NCBI GenBank assembly: GCA_000004985.1
Contig: GG738855.1
Length of the DNA: 64,000 nt
Source of the DNA: Naegleria gruberi
Taxonomy: Eukaryota
Reading direction: 5' to 3' (one strand)
Positions within the stretch are counted from its first letter, which is position 1; the number at the start of each line of letters is the position of its first letter. Shown one piece after another: positions 1 through 10,816 of this stretch. The notes under the pieces are model-generated. The model saw only the letters and a program-made list of their open reading frames with translations. It made no database searches and was not told where the DNA came from. A program made the translations under genes and the position numbers.

Positions 1-337
1 GCCACGACAAACAACTGATGAAGACAATTTTAATACGAAAAAATATTTTAAAAATAAAAAATGTCCTTCAGAATTGCCTTGAGAAGTTTGACTTCACCTT
101 TCGTTAAGACTTCAAAGACTACATCTTTGGTTGCTAATCAAACTAGTAAAATGTTCTATGTAGGTGTTCTCACTTATATATTTTTGTTTAGAATTATTTT
201 TAATCCGATAATTTATTCCGGAATATCATCTTGTGGATTTGTATGATTAAATGATGATAACATGATGACTATACAATGATGAACAAATTGTTATTATTAT
301 TAATTGTTTTTATTGTTGGAAATGTTAGCATCAATCA

Positions 338-1093
338 ATGATGATGAATAACCAAGCAGCCAAGAAGGAAGAAAAGAAAAAGACTGCAGCTGTTATTTTG
401 AGCGGATGTGGATTTATGGATGGAAGTGATGTTGTTGAATCTGTTAGTGTTATTGTTGAATTGACAAGAAAAGGAATTGTTCCAAGATTCTTCTCACCAC
501 ACGAAGAAATTGATGAATCATACAATTATATTACAAAACAAATTGATTCAAGCGAAGAAAGATATATGCATAAGGAAAGTGCTCGTATTGCACGTGAAAA
601 GATTTTGAGCATTGACCAACTTCGTGCTGATCAATTTGACATGTTAGTTATTCCAGGTGGTAATGGAGTTGTTCGTAATTTGTCTAATTTTGAACAAGAA
701 GAATATAATGTTAATGAAGTTGAAGTTAATTCACATGTTGAAAAGGCCATTGTTGACTTTTTCAAACAAAAGAAACCAATTGGCTTTATGTCAAACTCTG
801 TTATTTTAGGTGCTAAGGCTTTGGGTAAAGTTTCAGGAAAGACTGGAAATGGTATTGCTGTTGCTTTGGGTAAGACTTTGGATCGAGTTTTTGTTGAAAC
901 TCTCATGACAAAGTTTGGTAATGAACTCTCTCAAGAAAGTGGTGATGCTGAAGTTGTTTGTACTGATTCTTCACATCGTATTGCTAGCGTTGCCAGTGTT
1001 TCTGCTGCTGGTACTGTTCAACCAAATGAAATTCATGCTGCTGCTAAGAATTTAATTGAAGAATTGATTGATTTGACCAAGAGGGAAGAATAA
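338..1093 (+). CDS. ES1/GATD3-like protein (DJ-1/PfpI class I glutamine-amidotransferase-like superfamily), single exon
   Basis: ATG at 338 (atgatgatgaat...). Translation AVILSGCGFMDGSDVVE...ESARIAREKI...MLVIPGGNGVVRNLSNF...KKPIGFMSNSVILGAKALGKVSG matches, from memory, the ES1 (C21orf33/GATD3) family signature (VAVVLSGCGVYDGTE...ESARIARGKI...PGGFGAAKNLS...KPIGLCC). Stop TAA at 1091-1093. Confidence 0.6.
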   Translation: MMMNNQAAKKEEKKKTAAVILSGCGFMDGSDVVESVSVIVELTRKGIVPRFFSPHEEIDESYNYITKQIDSSEERYMHKESARIAREKILSIDQLRADQFDMLVIPGGNGVVRNLSNFEQEEYNVNEVEVNSHVEKAIVDFFKQKKPIGFMSNSVILGAKALGKVSGKTGNGIAVALGKTLDRVFVETLMTKFGNELSQESGDAEVVCTDSSHRIASVASVSAAGTVQPNEIHAAAKNLIEELIDLTKREE

Positions 1094-1295
1094 TCATTAA
1101 AAATCTTTTGTACAAATATATCAACAACCAAACATTTAACACATAACAATAAGGGCAAATAAAGTTCAATTTGAGGGTGTTCAACTTGAAGATGCCGATG
1201 ATATCATTTGAATTTGTTTCATTTTCAAAATTGATGTTCAACGCTCAGATCATTACAATTAATTGAAAAATAGCCTAAAAACACAAAAGAAAAAA

Positions 1296-2420
1296 ATGCT
1301 CTCAACCACCTCTCAGATTGACAAAGATAATGATAGTGGTGATGAATCGGAAGGCTCCTCCGAATTATTTAAAGGCTACATTAAAATTGATTCATCTAAC
1401 AAACATTGGGATATGGATCAAAAGCAAACTAAACTATTCAAGAAGGTCAAATGGGTCGCCACAGAAAAGGTTCATGGAGCTAATTTCTGCTTTTTTATGA
1501 ATGAAGATTTGGGTGGAAATATTCATATTGAATGTGCAAAGAGGAAATCAATTTTAAGTGAAAATGATCAATTCTTTTATTTTCAAAAATTGAAAGAGAG
1601 ATTAACAAGTAAATTGGAAAATATATTCAGAATGGTCAAGACAAATTATCCAGATCTGATTCATGTTTATTTATTTGGTGAAATATTTGGTGGATTTTAT
1701 CCAAATATGCCAAAACTAGAAGGAATTGAACAACCAGTTCAAACAGGTATATGGTATACAAATGATATTGAATTTTATGCATTTGATATTGCAATTCAAA
1801 AGAGTGATTTGATTCAAATTTATTTAGATTACGAAGTAACATTGGAAATATTCTCAAAAAGTCAACTTTTATATGCAGAACCTTTATTAATTGCAAGTTA
1901 TGAAGAATGTATGGATATGGATGTTAAATTTGACTCGAAACTTCCTAAAAAATTAGGAATGCCATCACTTAATGAATCAAATTATGCTGAAGGTGTTGTG
2001 ATAAAACCAATGAAAGAAATTAACATTTCTAAAAAAGGAAAATTAGAACGAGCAATAATCAAGAGGAAAATTCAAGAATTTTCAGAAAAGAAATATGAAC
2101 AAGCTGTTAAATGGTCAACTCCAACCTCCAATTCATCATCAAATTCCATTGATGAATTAGAAGTTATCAAATATGAAGCATTGGCTTGCATTACAGAAAA
2201 TCGATTGAATAATGCAATTTCTAAAATTGGAAATATCGACACCAAAAACAAAGTACAAATGAATCAACTACTCCAGGCCTATATTCAAGATGTATTTGAT
2301 GAATTGAATGAATCAGGATTTCAAATATCCTCTTCACAAAAATCACAACTTGAAGAAGTAATTACTTTGGAATCAAAAAAGATTATTTTCCAATATTTTA
2401 AAAAACTTCAATCCAAGTAA
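1296..2420 (+). CDS. Rnl2-family ATP-dependent RNA ligase (nucleotidyltransferase domain plus C-terminal domain)
   Basis: The ORF track starts at a TTG (1263); the first in-frame ATG is at 1296, in an aaaaaaATG context. Motif I is KWVATEKVHGANF (KxHGxN, as in T4 Rnl2 EKIHGTN), motif III is YLFGEIFGG, motif IV is AEGVVIKPMKE (EGxxxK) and motif V is ERAIIKRK (KxK). A roughly 150-aa C-terminal extension fits Rnl2 rather than DNA ligase or capping enzyme. Confidence 0.6.
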   Translation: MLSTTSQIDKDNDSGDESEGSSELFKGYIKIDSSNKHWDMDQKQTKLFKKVKWVATEKVHGANFCFFMNEDLGGNIHIECAKRKSILSENDQFFYFQKLKERLTSKLENIFRMVKTNYPDLIHVYLFGEIFGGFYPNMPKLEGIEQPVQTGIWYTNDIEFYAFDIAIQKSDLIQIYLDYEVTLEIFSKSQLLYAEPLLIASYEECMDMDVKFDSKLPKKLGMPSLNESNYAEGVVIKPMKEINISKKGKLERAIIKRKIQEFSEKKYEQAVKWSTPTSNSSSNSIDELEVIKYEALACITENRLNNAISKIGNIDTKNKVQMNQLLQAYIQDVFDELNESGFQISSSQKSQLEEVITLESKKIIFQYFKKLQSK

Positions 2421-2510
2421 ATGTACATTATTCAATTCGTTCAACAATACCCTGAATGAAAATTGATTAGAAATTTGGTTTACATTTTTTTTGTAAAATC
2501 TTTAAAAAAA

Positions 2511-3707
2511 ATGGAACAACACGATGATGAAGATGCAAAGATTCGTATTGGGGAAAATAATATGTTAAATCCCTTCTCAATTCTTCCACAAGATTTATTC
2601 TATGAAATTTTACCATTTTTATCTCCGATAGAGGTTTTGCTAACTTTTCGATTAATTTTTAAAAATCATCAATTTATTTCCAAACATTTATTCGAATATT
2701 ATAATGAAAAAACAAGATTATTGGATAGGCTGAAAATATCGGATCATATTAAACAGGAGAATAAGAATTTGTTGGAGTGTTTTGATGAATTTCTAAATTT
2801 GGAAAGCGATAAATATTTGAGGAGAAAATTTATTAAATTTGCATTTAGATATGAAATTTATGAATTTTCTAAAAGAGTTTACAATAGTAGAAAACAGAGC
2901 ACGGATTTAGACTTTTGTAATGAGATGGAATGGATTGAAAATGATATTAAATGTTACAATAATTTATTTCAATATGCGAGAAGAAAATGTAACCAAGAGG
3001 AAGAAGAAATTAACAAAGAAGACAATAATTATATTATTAATACCGAACAAAAGAAATCTGATGGATTATTTTCAAGTATTTTAAAGTTTTTTACTAATTT
3101 TGGAATTACACCTCCTGAAACCGAACCCACAAGTAGTACTCACAAACCTACTTGTGAATCGTCAAAATATGGAAATAACGATTACATAGTGAAAGTATTA
3201 CTAGAAGGATTTTCTGGCAGTTCAAAACACAAATTCCGTAATTATATTATTCAAAATTCTTCAAAGTTTGAAGATTATAGACATTTTGAGGATTTCTCTA
3301 CGAAAACTTATTATTTTGGAAATCTCCAGTCTAAGCTACAGTTGTGGAATATTTCAGTGTATAAATTTAATAGCCTCATTTCAGCATATTATAGAGGTAG
3401 TTTTCTAGTAGTGCTCATTGTTGATCCATTTGATGATCGGGAATTGGAGGGATTAAGTGAAAAGAAAAAATTAATTCTTGAAAATATTTCAAAAGAAGCA
3501 CAAATAGTTCTTGTAACAAAGAAAGAATGGGAAAATGGAAATAAGAGACTTCTTTCGAATGATAATGCTGATTTCATGGCATTTGATGAATTTAATAGTT
3601 TTCATATTGATATTTCAGACCCTTATGATATTGATAGCCCTCAATGTATTGTGCTTTATGCAATGTTATTGAAATATATCATTGCATACCAATTTGAAAC
3701 TAAATGA
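2511..3707 (+). CDS. hypothetical protein with N-terminal F-box-like motif
   Basis: The ORF track start (2463) is a TTG; the first ATG is at 2511 (aaaaaaaATGgaacaac). The N-terminus FSILPQDLFYEILPFLSPIEVLLTFRLIFKNHQFI fits the F-box consensus (LP.E.L..IL..L....L). The rest is not recognised. The 399-aa ORF is continuous. Confidence 0.4.
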   Translation: MEQHDDEDAKIRIGENNMLNPFSILPQDLFYEILPFLSPIEVLLTFRLIFKNHQFISKHLFEYYNEKTRLLDRLKISDHIKQENKNLLECFDEFLNLESDKYLRRKFIKFAFRYEIYEFSKRVYNSRKQSTDLDFCNEMEWIENDIKCYNNLFQYARRKCNQEEEEINKEDNNYIINTEQKKSDGLFSSILKFFTNFGITPPETEPTSSTHKPTCESSKYGNNDYIVKVLLEGFSGSSKHKFRNYIIQNSSKFEDYRHFEDFSTKTYYFGNLQSKLQLWNISVYKFNSLISAYYRGSFLVVLIVDPFDDRELEGLSEKKKLILENISKEAQIVLVTKKEWENGNKRLLSNDNADFMAFDEFNSFHIDISDPYDIDSPQCIVLYAMLLKYIIAYQFETK

Positions 3708-3752
3708 ATTAAAGATCGATTTATTTTTACAAATTATTTACATCGCCGATAA

Positions 3753-6474
3753 CTAATTGAGAGCAAAACCTCCTCCTAAATGTACCCTAGTTCCTTCTCC
3801 AGGAGTAACTTTGTAAGATGGTTCTCCGGCCATTTCCTCACCTCCTAAAGTTTGTGATTGAGATCGTTCCTTTTCCAAGTAGAAATCCTTCTTTGTTTGT
3901 AAGAATTTCTTCTTGGTATCTTTGAGTTCTCTGTTAAGTCTTTCCTTTTCATACTCTTGTTGTTTATCCTTGTATTGTAAAAAGTTAAGTTCAGAAGCAA
4001 GAGATTGAATTTGAGAATTCTTCTTTCTCAAAGTCTCTTGATAAATATTAAGCTGTTCTGCAACTTCTGGACCTGGTTGTCTTGAAAGGATAGCCTTGAG
4101 CTTTTTGTTCATTTCCTCCTTTTCTTGAACAATTAAATCCTTTTCCATAACTTCCTCAGTTTTGGCAATCAATCTCTTTTGGAGCGTTTGGGTTTTAAGA
4201 ACAAGTTCATATTGTGTAGGATCGCTTCCTTCTAACTTTCTCCATCTGTGAACGTTCATTGGATTTTGAAGTTCTTCTGAGAGAGCTTTGACCTTGTTTC
4301 TTTCTTCGAGTAATTGTTTCTTCAACTCATGATTCTCTCTTTGGAATTCCTTAATCTTGTAAATGTGCTTCTTCAAGACTTGTAATTGTCTTGTGAGATC
4401 TTTGATTTTCAGTTTGAGAATCTTGATGTCACCCAACCGTTCTCTATATTGAATAGCTCCCTTGTCTAGTGTACTGTTTTGAAGTTGAATCTTTTCATAG
4501 AGGAGTGCAATTTCGTCGTTTCTTCTAATCAACTGAGTACCTAGAACATCTCTTTCACTAACAACAGCATCATAGTCCTTTTGTTGTTTTCTTCTTTCAT
4601 TATCAGCTTGCTTAATGATTTGAGTGAGCCTATAGTTTTCAGACTCGTGAGATTTGATGATTCTTTCCTGTTCCTTTTGCTTTTCTTCCAACAATTTAAT
4701 TTCTTCCTTCATCTTTTCCTTCTTCTTCAGGATTTGTTTAGCATTGTATGTTTCATCAACGAGAGCCTTTTCTCTACTGGTAATTTCATCCTTAAGTTGA
4801 GTAATTTGTTGTTCCATAATCTTGAACTGTTTCTTCATTTCTTCTGCCTCTTCGTGAGCCGCAATAAGAGCCTTACTCTTAGTGTTTCTTTCGCTTCTCA
4901 CTGATTCATATAGAGATTGTTGAGTCTTCAATTTTTCTTGAAGTTCAATAATCTTCTTTTGAAGCTCATTCAATTCAACAGTCTTGATTCTTACTTCTTC
5001 CAGAGCTTGTCTGTATTTCAGGTCAGAATCTGAAGCCTCCGAAGCATATCTTTCTCTTTCCTTCTCCAGTGTGTAGGTAAGTTGTCTGTACTTTTCTGTT
5101 TGCTTCCTTTCAGCAACAATTTCAGCTTTCAATACCTTTGAATTTCCTTCCAGAATTTTAATGTTATCCTGTTTCTTAGTCTTTTCCTTTTTCATGAGAA
5201 CCAAACTCTTACTGAGGTAATTTCTTTCTGCTTTGATTTTTTCTCCAGCTTCCAATTGTTGATCTTTTTGATTATTTAATTCCTCTATGACCTTGTTCAA
5301 ATGGATAATTTCTTGATTGAGAGATTCTTTAGATCTTTCAATTTCTTCCTTTTCATTTTCAACAATCTTCTTCTTTTGTTGGAGAGTTTGATAGCTTTGA
5401 TGCCATTGATTCTTTTCATCAATAACTTCTTTAACTTTTGTTTCCAACAACTTCTTTTCGAAATTCAATGTTTGATCGTTAGCCTTCAACCTAGAAACTT
5501 CAGCAATTAGTCCAACTCTTTCCTTTTCATCTGTATCAATGGTAGACTTGTATTGCTCTATTCTCTTTTGGAGAGAATTAATAGTTTGTTCCATATCCTT
5601 GATAACCTTTTCCGAATCTGTCACTCTTGTTTGTTCCTTCTTAATATTCTCATCTTTCTTTAAGAGTTCTTGAGCTTTAGCTGTGAGAAGTTGTTTCGAT
5701 TCTTTAAGTTCCTTTTCTGATTTTTCCTTTTGCTTGATTGTTTGATCTAACTTGTTCTTTGTTTCGTTGAGCTGTTCATTGATACTTTCAATAACAGTTA
5801 GCAATTTCTTCTTTTCTTGATTTACATCATTGATCTGTAAGAATAGTAGGTTATTAGAATTAATACTAGTACAATTTTTTGAAACTAACCTGAATTTGCA
5901 TATTCGATAATTCATTGTTAAGGGAAATTACTTGAGCATTTTTCATTTCCTTTTCTCTGGCAAGCTCCTTTTTTACCTTTTCCAACTCTGGTGCAGAGGC
6001 ATCTTGAACTGTATTACCGGTTCCTTGATTTGCAATTTTTGTCAGCTCCGAAATTTCTTTGGTAAGTTTTTGAACAGTTTCCTTAGCTTTGGCTTCTTTT
6101 TCATGTGATGCGTTTACTAGTTTCCATGCTTTATCAATTTCCTTTTTTAAAATTGCGATGGTGTTTTGGTCTTCCTTAGATAAATTAATTGCTGTTTGTA
6201 CCTTGATGGCATTTGCTACTATTTGTTGAGTAAGTTCCTCACATCTCTTCATAAGTCTCTTCTCATTTTCGTGACATCTCAATAAATTACGATGTAATTT
6301 TTCATATTCAATCCTAAAATTTTCCAAATGATCTTTTCCAGCCAATTCCATCAAAACTTCTTGAAAATCTCTTTCAAGTGTTTCAAAGGCTGTTTTGGTC
6401 AAACTAAGGACCATCTTTTCTTGATCATTCTCCTTTCCATCTCCTTGTTGGTTGGTCGAACCATCTGATGACAT
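3753..6474 (-). CDS. CFAP58: CFAP58 (CCDC147) homologue, cilia/flagella-associated coiled-coil protein; 2 exons (6474..5890, 5834..3753), about 888 aa
   Basis: The minus-strand ORFs 5866-6474 and 3753-5915 are joined by a 55-nt intron (about 5835-5889; donor GTTAGT, acceptor TTACAG) and are frame-consistent (585 + 2082 nt). The N-terminus FETLERDFQEVLMELAGKDHLENFRIEYEKLH matches, from memory, the CFAP58 N-terminal signature (FEDLEKDFQEVLTELSG..LEKFRVEYERLH). The C-terminus RQPGPEVAEQLNIYQ...GGGFALN matches RQPGPEAAEQLKLY...GGGF. The whole protein is coiled-coil. Confidence 0.75.
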
Positions 6475-6791
6475 TTTTTAAAACTATTTTAAAGTAGTTT
6501 TTGGCGCGAAAAATTACAGTTTTATCTGTTGGAGCTTCTACAACACTCAAGAAGAAGAATAACAACCAACACGAATAATACCACGATATGTAATTTTAAT
6601 AAGTCAGCCATGACATAATTTCATCATCAGCAAACATTTAATAATAATCAAGCCTCCACAAGAAACTGAATATAAAACCGTAGTGATAAAGAACAATAAC
6701 TTGAGTTACAAAGATACATGTTATGAATCAATACACCCAAAACACCAAATACTATTAATAAATTAATTGTACATTGTTAGGCGGCAAAAAA

Positions 6792-9553
6792 ATGAGTAAA
6801 TCAGAAGGCTCTGACACAATCCAAGTCTATTGTCGTATTAGACCAGTGAGTGAGAGTCATTGCCAATATTCAATAGAACAAACATTTGATAATGCAGTAC
6901 TACATTTTAAAAAACCAAGATCGGATGAAGCAGGATATATTAATAATACAATTGAAAATTATGAATATAAATACACCGGAATATTTGATCAACAAGTGGA
7001 TCAAGATGAAATATTTGATAGATGTGCTAAGAAATGTGTTCTTAGTGCTTTAGAAGGATATAACTCAACAATTTTTGCTTATGGTCAGTCTGGAAGTGGT
7101 AAAACTTATACAATGACTGGTGGAGATGGAAGCTATGAAAAAAGAGGTATCATTCCTAGAGCTATTTCACTTCTTTTTGAGGAATCGTCGAATGAAGGAA
7201 AACGAGATCGAGAATATACATTTTCAGTTTCATATATGGAAATTTATAAAGGATTTGGATATGATTTATTGAATGATAAAAGAGATTTAATGGATATTAA
7301 GGAATTACCGTAAGTTTAAAATGATGAGGAAATATATTAAAGAAATAATTTAGGAAAGTATCGGCTAGAATTGATACAAACGGAGCTGTTGTTTTCAAAA
7401 ATATTCAAACCTTTCCAACTAAAACAGAAGAGGATGCTTTGGATAAATTATTTATTGGTGATAAAAACAGAGTGTTGAGGTAAGAGATTTAATTTTAGTT
7501 TTGAATTTATTCATTCATTTTCAGTGAAACTATGCTCAATGAGTCCTCTACTCGTTCTCACTGTATATTTACTGTTAATATTGAATCAAAGGAACCTGGA
7601 TCATCAGTTGTAAAATCCTCAAAACTTCACATGGTAGATTTGGCCGGTAGCGAACGGCCTAGTAAGACAAATTCAACAGGCAAAACTCTGGAAGAAGCCA
7701 AGAGTATCAACTTGTCTCTGTATTTTTTGGAACGTTTTATTATGAGTATCAGTGAAGGTAATGACCACATTCCTTGGAGAGATTCATTAATCACCACTGT
7801 CCTTAAAGATAGTATTGGTGGTAATTGTAAAACTATTATGATTTCGACGATTAATCCTTCATATAGACACTTGTCGGAATCTGTTTCAACATGTAAATTT
7901 TCAATGAGAGTAGCTAGCATTAAACAAAATGCTGTCATTAACGAGAAAGTCGATCCATATGTTCAAATTAGAAAACTGAAAAAGAAAGTTGAGGAATTGG
8001 AGGAAGAACTGAAATATTATAGAGGTGAAGGGCAGAAAAGAGAAGCACTGGATGGAAACGAAAAAGCAATTATTAAGGAGAGAGTGGATGAATTTTTGGA
8101 TGATTTGGATAGAGACAGTTCTCTGAATTTGGGAGGAGACCATTTGAGAATTAGGGAGGCCTTCTTGGTTTTAAAATCCTATGTTTTGGATCTCAGGAAA
8201 AGGCCAAAGGAAGCTACAGCGTCGAAAGAGAAACCAGTACCTCAAAAAACGAAACCTCAGCCAATTCAGCAAGCCCCTCCACAACAACAAGTTGCTCTCT
8301 CAGAAGATATCCAAGAGAAGCTCAAAAACTTATCGGTTGCCATTGAGCTCAGAGATATTGAAATTGATATCCTTGTCTCCATGTTAAATAAGAAACAAAA
8401 GAACATGTCTGAAGTATCGATACAGACAGAAATTAGCCCATCGAGTCAAATTGTTACAACCCTTCCACCACCATCACCCAAGAGATCAATGCTTCATACT
8501 TTCACAAACGGAAATACATCTTCTATGGAATCAATAGCAAGTATGCATAGAAGTGTAGAACGAAAACCTATTCAAGATATTGTGACAAAAGAAGTTATTA
8601 AGGAAAGAATTCGAGAGAAGGAAAAATCCATTCTTTCCCAAACAGGTGATAATGCACCAAAATTCTCCAATGAAAAGATTGCCATCCTAGCCGATGCAAC
8701 TGGAATGAGGAGAAGAGCAGAAGCGTTCGAGTTATTTAGACAAAAATATAGAAATTACAATGTCATTGAAAAGAACAAGGAAGCTTTGGGAGAAAAGATT
8801 GCCTTTGCAAAGGAGATGGCTAGAGATATCAATGATAAGAGATCTGTCATTGAAGTGTTAAAGAACAGACTCATTCAACTAAGAACTGAAAGAGCTGCTC
8901 AAAATCTTGTAAATAAGAATGCTGAAACAGATGAAGAATTCCCAGAAGAAATTGAACTTAAAAAAGAGTTGTTAGCTGAAAAGGATAGACATCAAGATCA
9001 ATGTAATCAACTCAAGGAATTAAAGAAGGAAATTGAACACTTGAAGAGAGTATTGGAAATGAGCAGAGTGAGACTTCAACAAGATTTTGAAAATTGGTAC
9101 AAGACAACTAATCCATACCCAGAAGAAGATTCACCAGAAGAATCCATATCCTCTCAAGTTTCTGCAACAATACGAAGTAATATTTCACAACAGTATAGTA
9201 ATAGCAGTATTCCTGTTTCTACACTCAGTTTTGATTCCTCCTCTTCTCCAATATCTTCAACTCTTTCCACAACTACCTCCTCCTCTTCTAGGCCAACTGT
9301 AAAACAAGCTTGGGGAGTTGATAGTATTTCACCTAAAAACAATGTCAGCTCTAATTTAATGACACTCCGAAACAATAATCAACTACCACCACAGCAACAG
9401 CAACAAGGATTTAGTGAAGACAATCCATTCTTTAAGAAACTGAAAGAACATGTTGAACAGTCCTCAACTCTCTCAAGTGCAGCTGTTAATTCATCTGCCA
9501 ATACTAATTCCTCAAAGAGAGTTTCACTTCTCCAACAAGCTTACAAACTTTAA
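6792..9553 (+). CDS. kinesin-9B (KIF6-like) N-terminal motor kinesin; 3 exons (6792..7309, 7354..7479, 7525..9553)
   Basis: Start ATG at 6792 (aaaaaaATGagtaaa); the ORF-track start at 6774 is a TTG. The introns are 7310-7353 (GTAAGT..TAG) and 7480-7524 (GTAAGA..TCAG); splicing restores the motif GDKNRVLRETMLNESSTRSHCIF. The P-loop is FAYGQSGSGKTYTMTGG..GIIPRAI and switch II is LHMVDLAGSERPSKT. The family signature INLSLYFLERFIMSI is the kinesin-9 LSL..LE pattern; HIPWRDSLIT and the C-terminal RVRLQQDFENWY match, from memory, KIF6 (INLSLHYLEQVIIAL; QKEFEVWW). The C-terminal half is coiled-coil and S/Q-rich. Confidence 0.75.
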
Positions 9554-9560
9554 ATAAAAA

Positions 9561-10226
9561 ATGGAAAACACTCTGCAACCCAATTCCACCAATTCATTGG
9601 ATTTTAAAGTATTAAATAATAATGTGAAAGAGAGGAATAATTTATCAATTATTATACAAAGAATTATTAATTGGATATTATCTGTTTTAAAGGGAATTTT
9701 TAAATCGAATACTAGTAATAATACAAATAATAACATGTTCAAATCTCCTATTAGTAATAGTGGTGATGATGATAGTAATAATACTGCATCATCATCATTT
9801 GAATGTTCACAATTATCTATCTATTCCGATTTATTTAACCAACAAGTAAATATCGATGATAATCATCAAATACAATCCATCAAACCTAATCATATCAATC
9901 ACGATGATAAACCACAATTAATGAATCAAATAGATATTCAATTTAATAAGTGTATTTCTGGTACTGCTCTTCCATCCATGAATTCATCTAAATATGAAGC
10001 AATGAGAATTAAAAAACACTTTACCACCTCTACTAATTTACTTATCAAGGAATTTGATAAACCACACTTTGTAGGAAGTTTTTCCAACTCGACTGAATTG
10101 AAAACTATTAGAAAATCACCACTCTCTTTTATACCATTCCTCTCTGATTTATTTACTAGAAATGAATACATGATTGTTAAATCGGCAATTCTTGTATTTA
10201 TCACTGCAAGTTTAAAGAATGATTAA
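9561..10226 (+). CDS. hypothetical N/S-rich protein (uncertain gene)
   Basis: A 221-aa ATG ORF in an aaaaaATG context, starting only 7 nt after the kinesin stop. It is low complexity (N, S, T rich) with no recognisable domain. It could be a genuine small gene in a compact genome or a spurious ORF. Confidence 0.25.
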   Translation: MENTLQPNSTNSLDFKVLNNNVKERNNLSIIIQRIINWILSVLKGIFKSNTSNNTNNNMFKSPISNSGDDDSNNTASSSFECSQLSIYSDLFNQQVNIDDNHQIQSIKPNHINHDDKPQLMNQIDIQFNKCISGTALPSMNSSKYEAMRIKKHFTTSTNLLIKEFDKPHFVGSFSNSTELKTIRKSPLSFIPFLSDLFTRNEYMIVKSAILVFITASLKND

Positions 10227-10816
10227 TTATATAATCTAATGAAATGTTGTAATATATTTGAATATTGTGATAATTGACCTTTTTAAAAGAATACAAGGCC
10301 TTAACGAATGAGTTCAATCATCCAAATTATCAGAAACTCTTCACTAAGGAGAATATTAAGAAATTAGCCCAAAAAGTTAGGATGATATAAAATTGAAAAT
10401 CTTACCTCACACTGGTGAGATGCATTTGTAGTTTGCAAATTTTTCACAGGCTGTGGCTAAACCAATGCACGATAAAACCAGCAGTTTCTTCCTCTTATGA
10501 TTACAAGTACAATATGAAATCCGTTATGGTGTGAATCCTTATATTGCTGCATTACTAGTTCAATAATTGGTGGGCGATTTTTAAACACAACAACAATAAA
10601 TTTGTTAGGTTTTTTGAATTTTTGCTTTGTCTTGAAATGAGCTTGTTGAAGTAAATTCATTAAATATTATTGTAAACTGTTGATAAGATCACTAGTCGTT
10701 GGTGAAATTAAAAAAGTCTAAAAACCATTCACTGAAAATGTTGCGCCAGATGTGATGGAGTTATTGATTACTAGACAAGTGACATTTTTAAAAAAAATCA
10801 TCATCATTATCTCTCA

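Noticed and set aside
4581-4904. Antisense and overlapping small ORFs inside large genes (e.g. 4581-4904 +, 5301-5510 +, 7627-7938 -, 22911-23360 +, 40558-40935 +, 50377-50727 +)
   Set aside because: They lie opposite or out of frame to strongly supported coding exons and have the compositional bias expected from the complementary strand of AT-rich coding DNA.
10457-10660. 67-aa minus-strand ORF (..FIVVVFKNRPPIIELVMQQYKDSHHNGFHIVLVIIRGRNCWF..) between the N-rich ORF and the Rho-like gene; possible small spliced gene (dynein light chain or longin/sigma-adaptin-like)
   Set aside because: I could not align it convincingly to any family by eye and could not establish exon structure; left unannotated.
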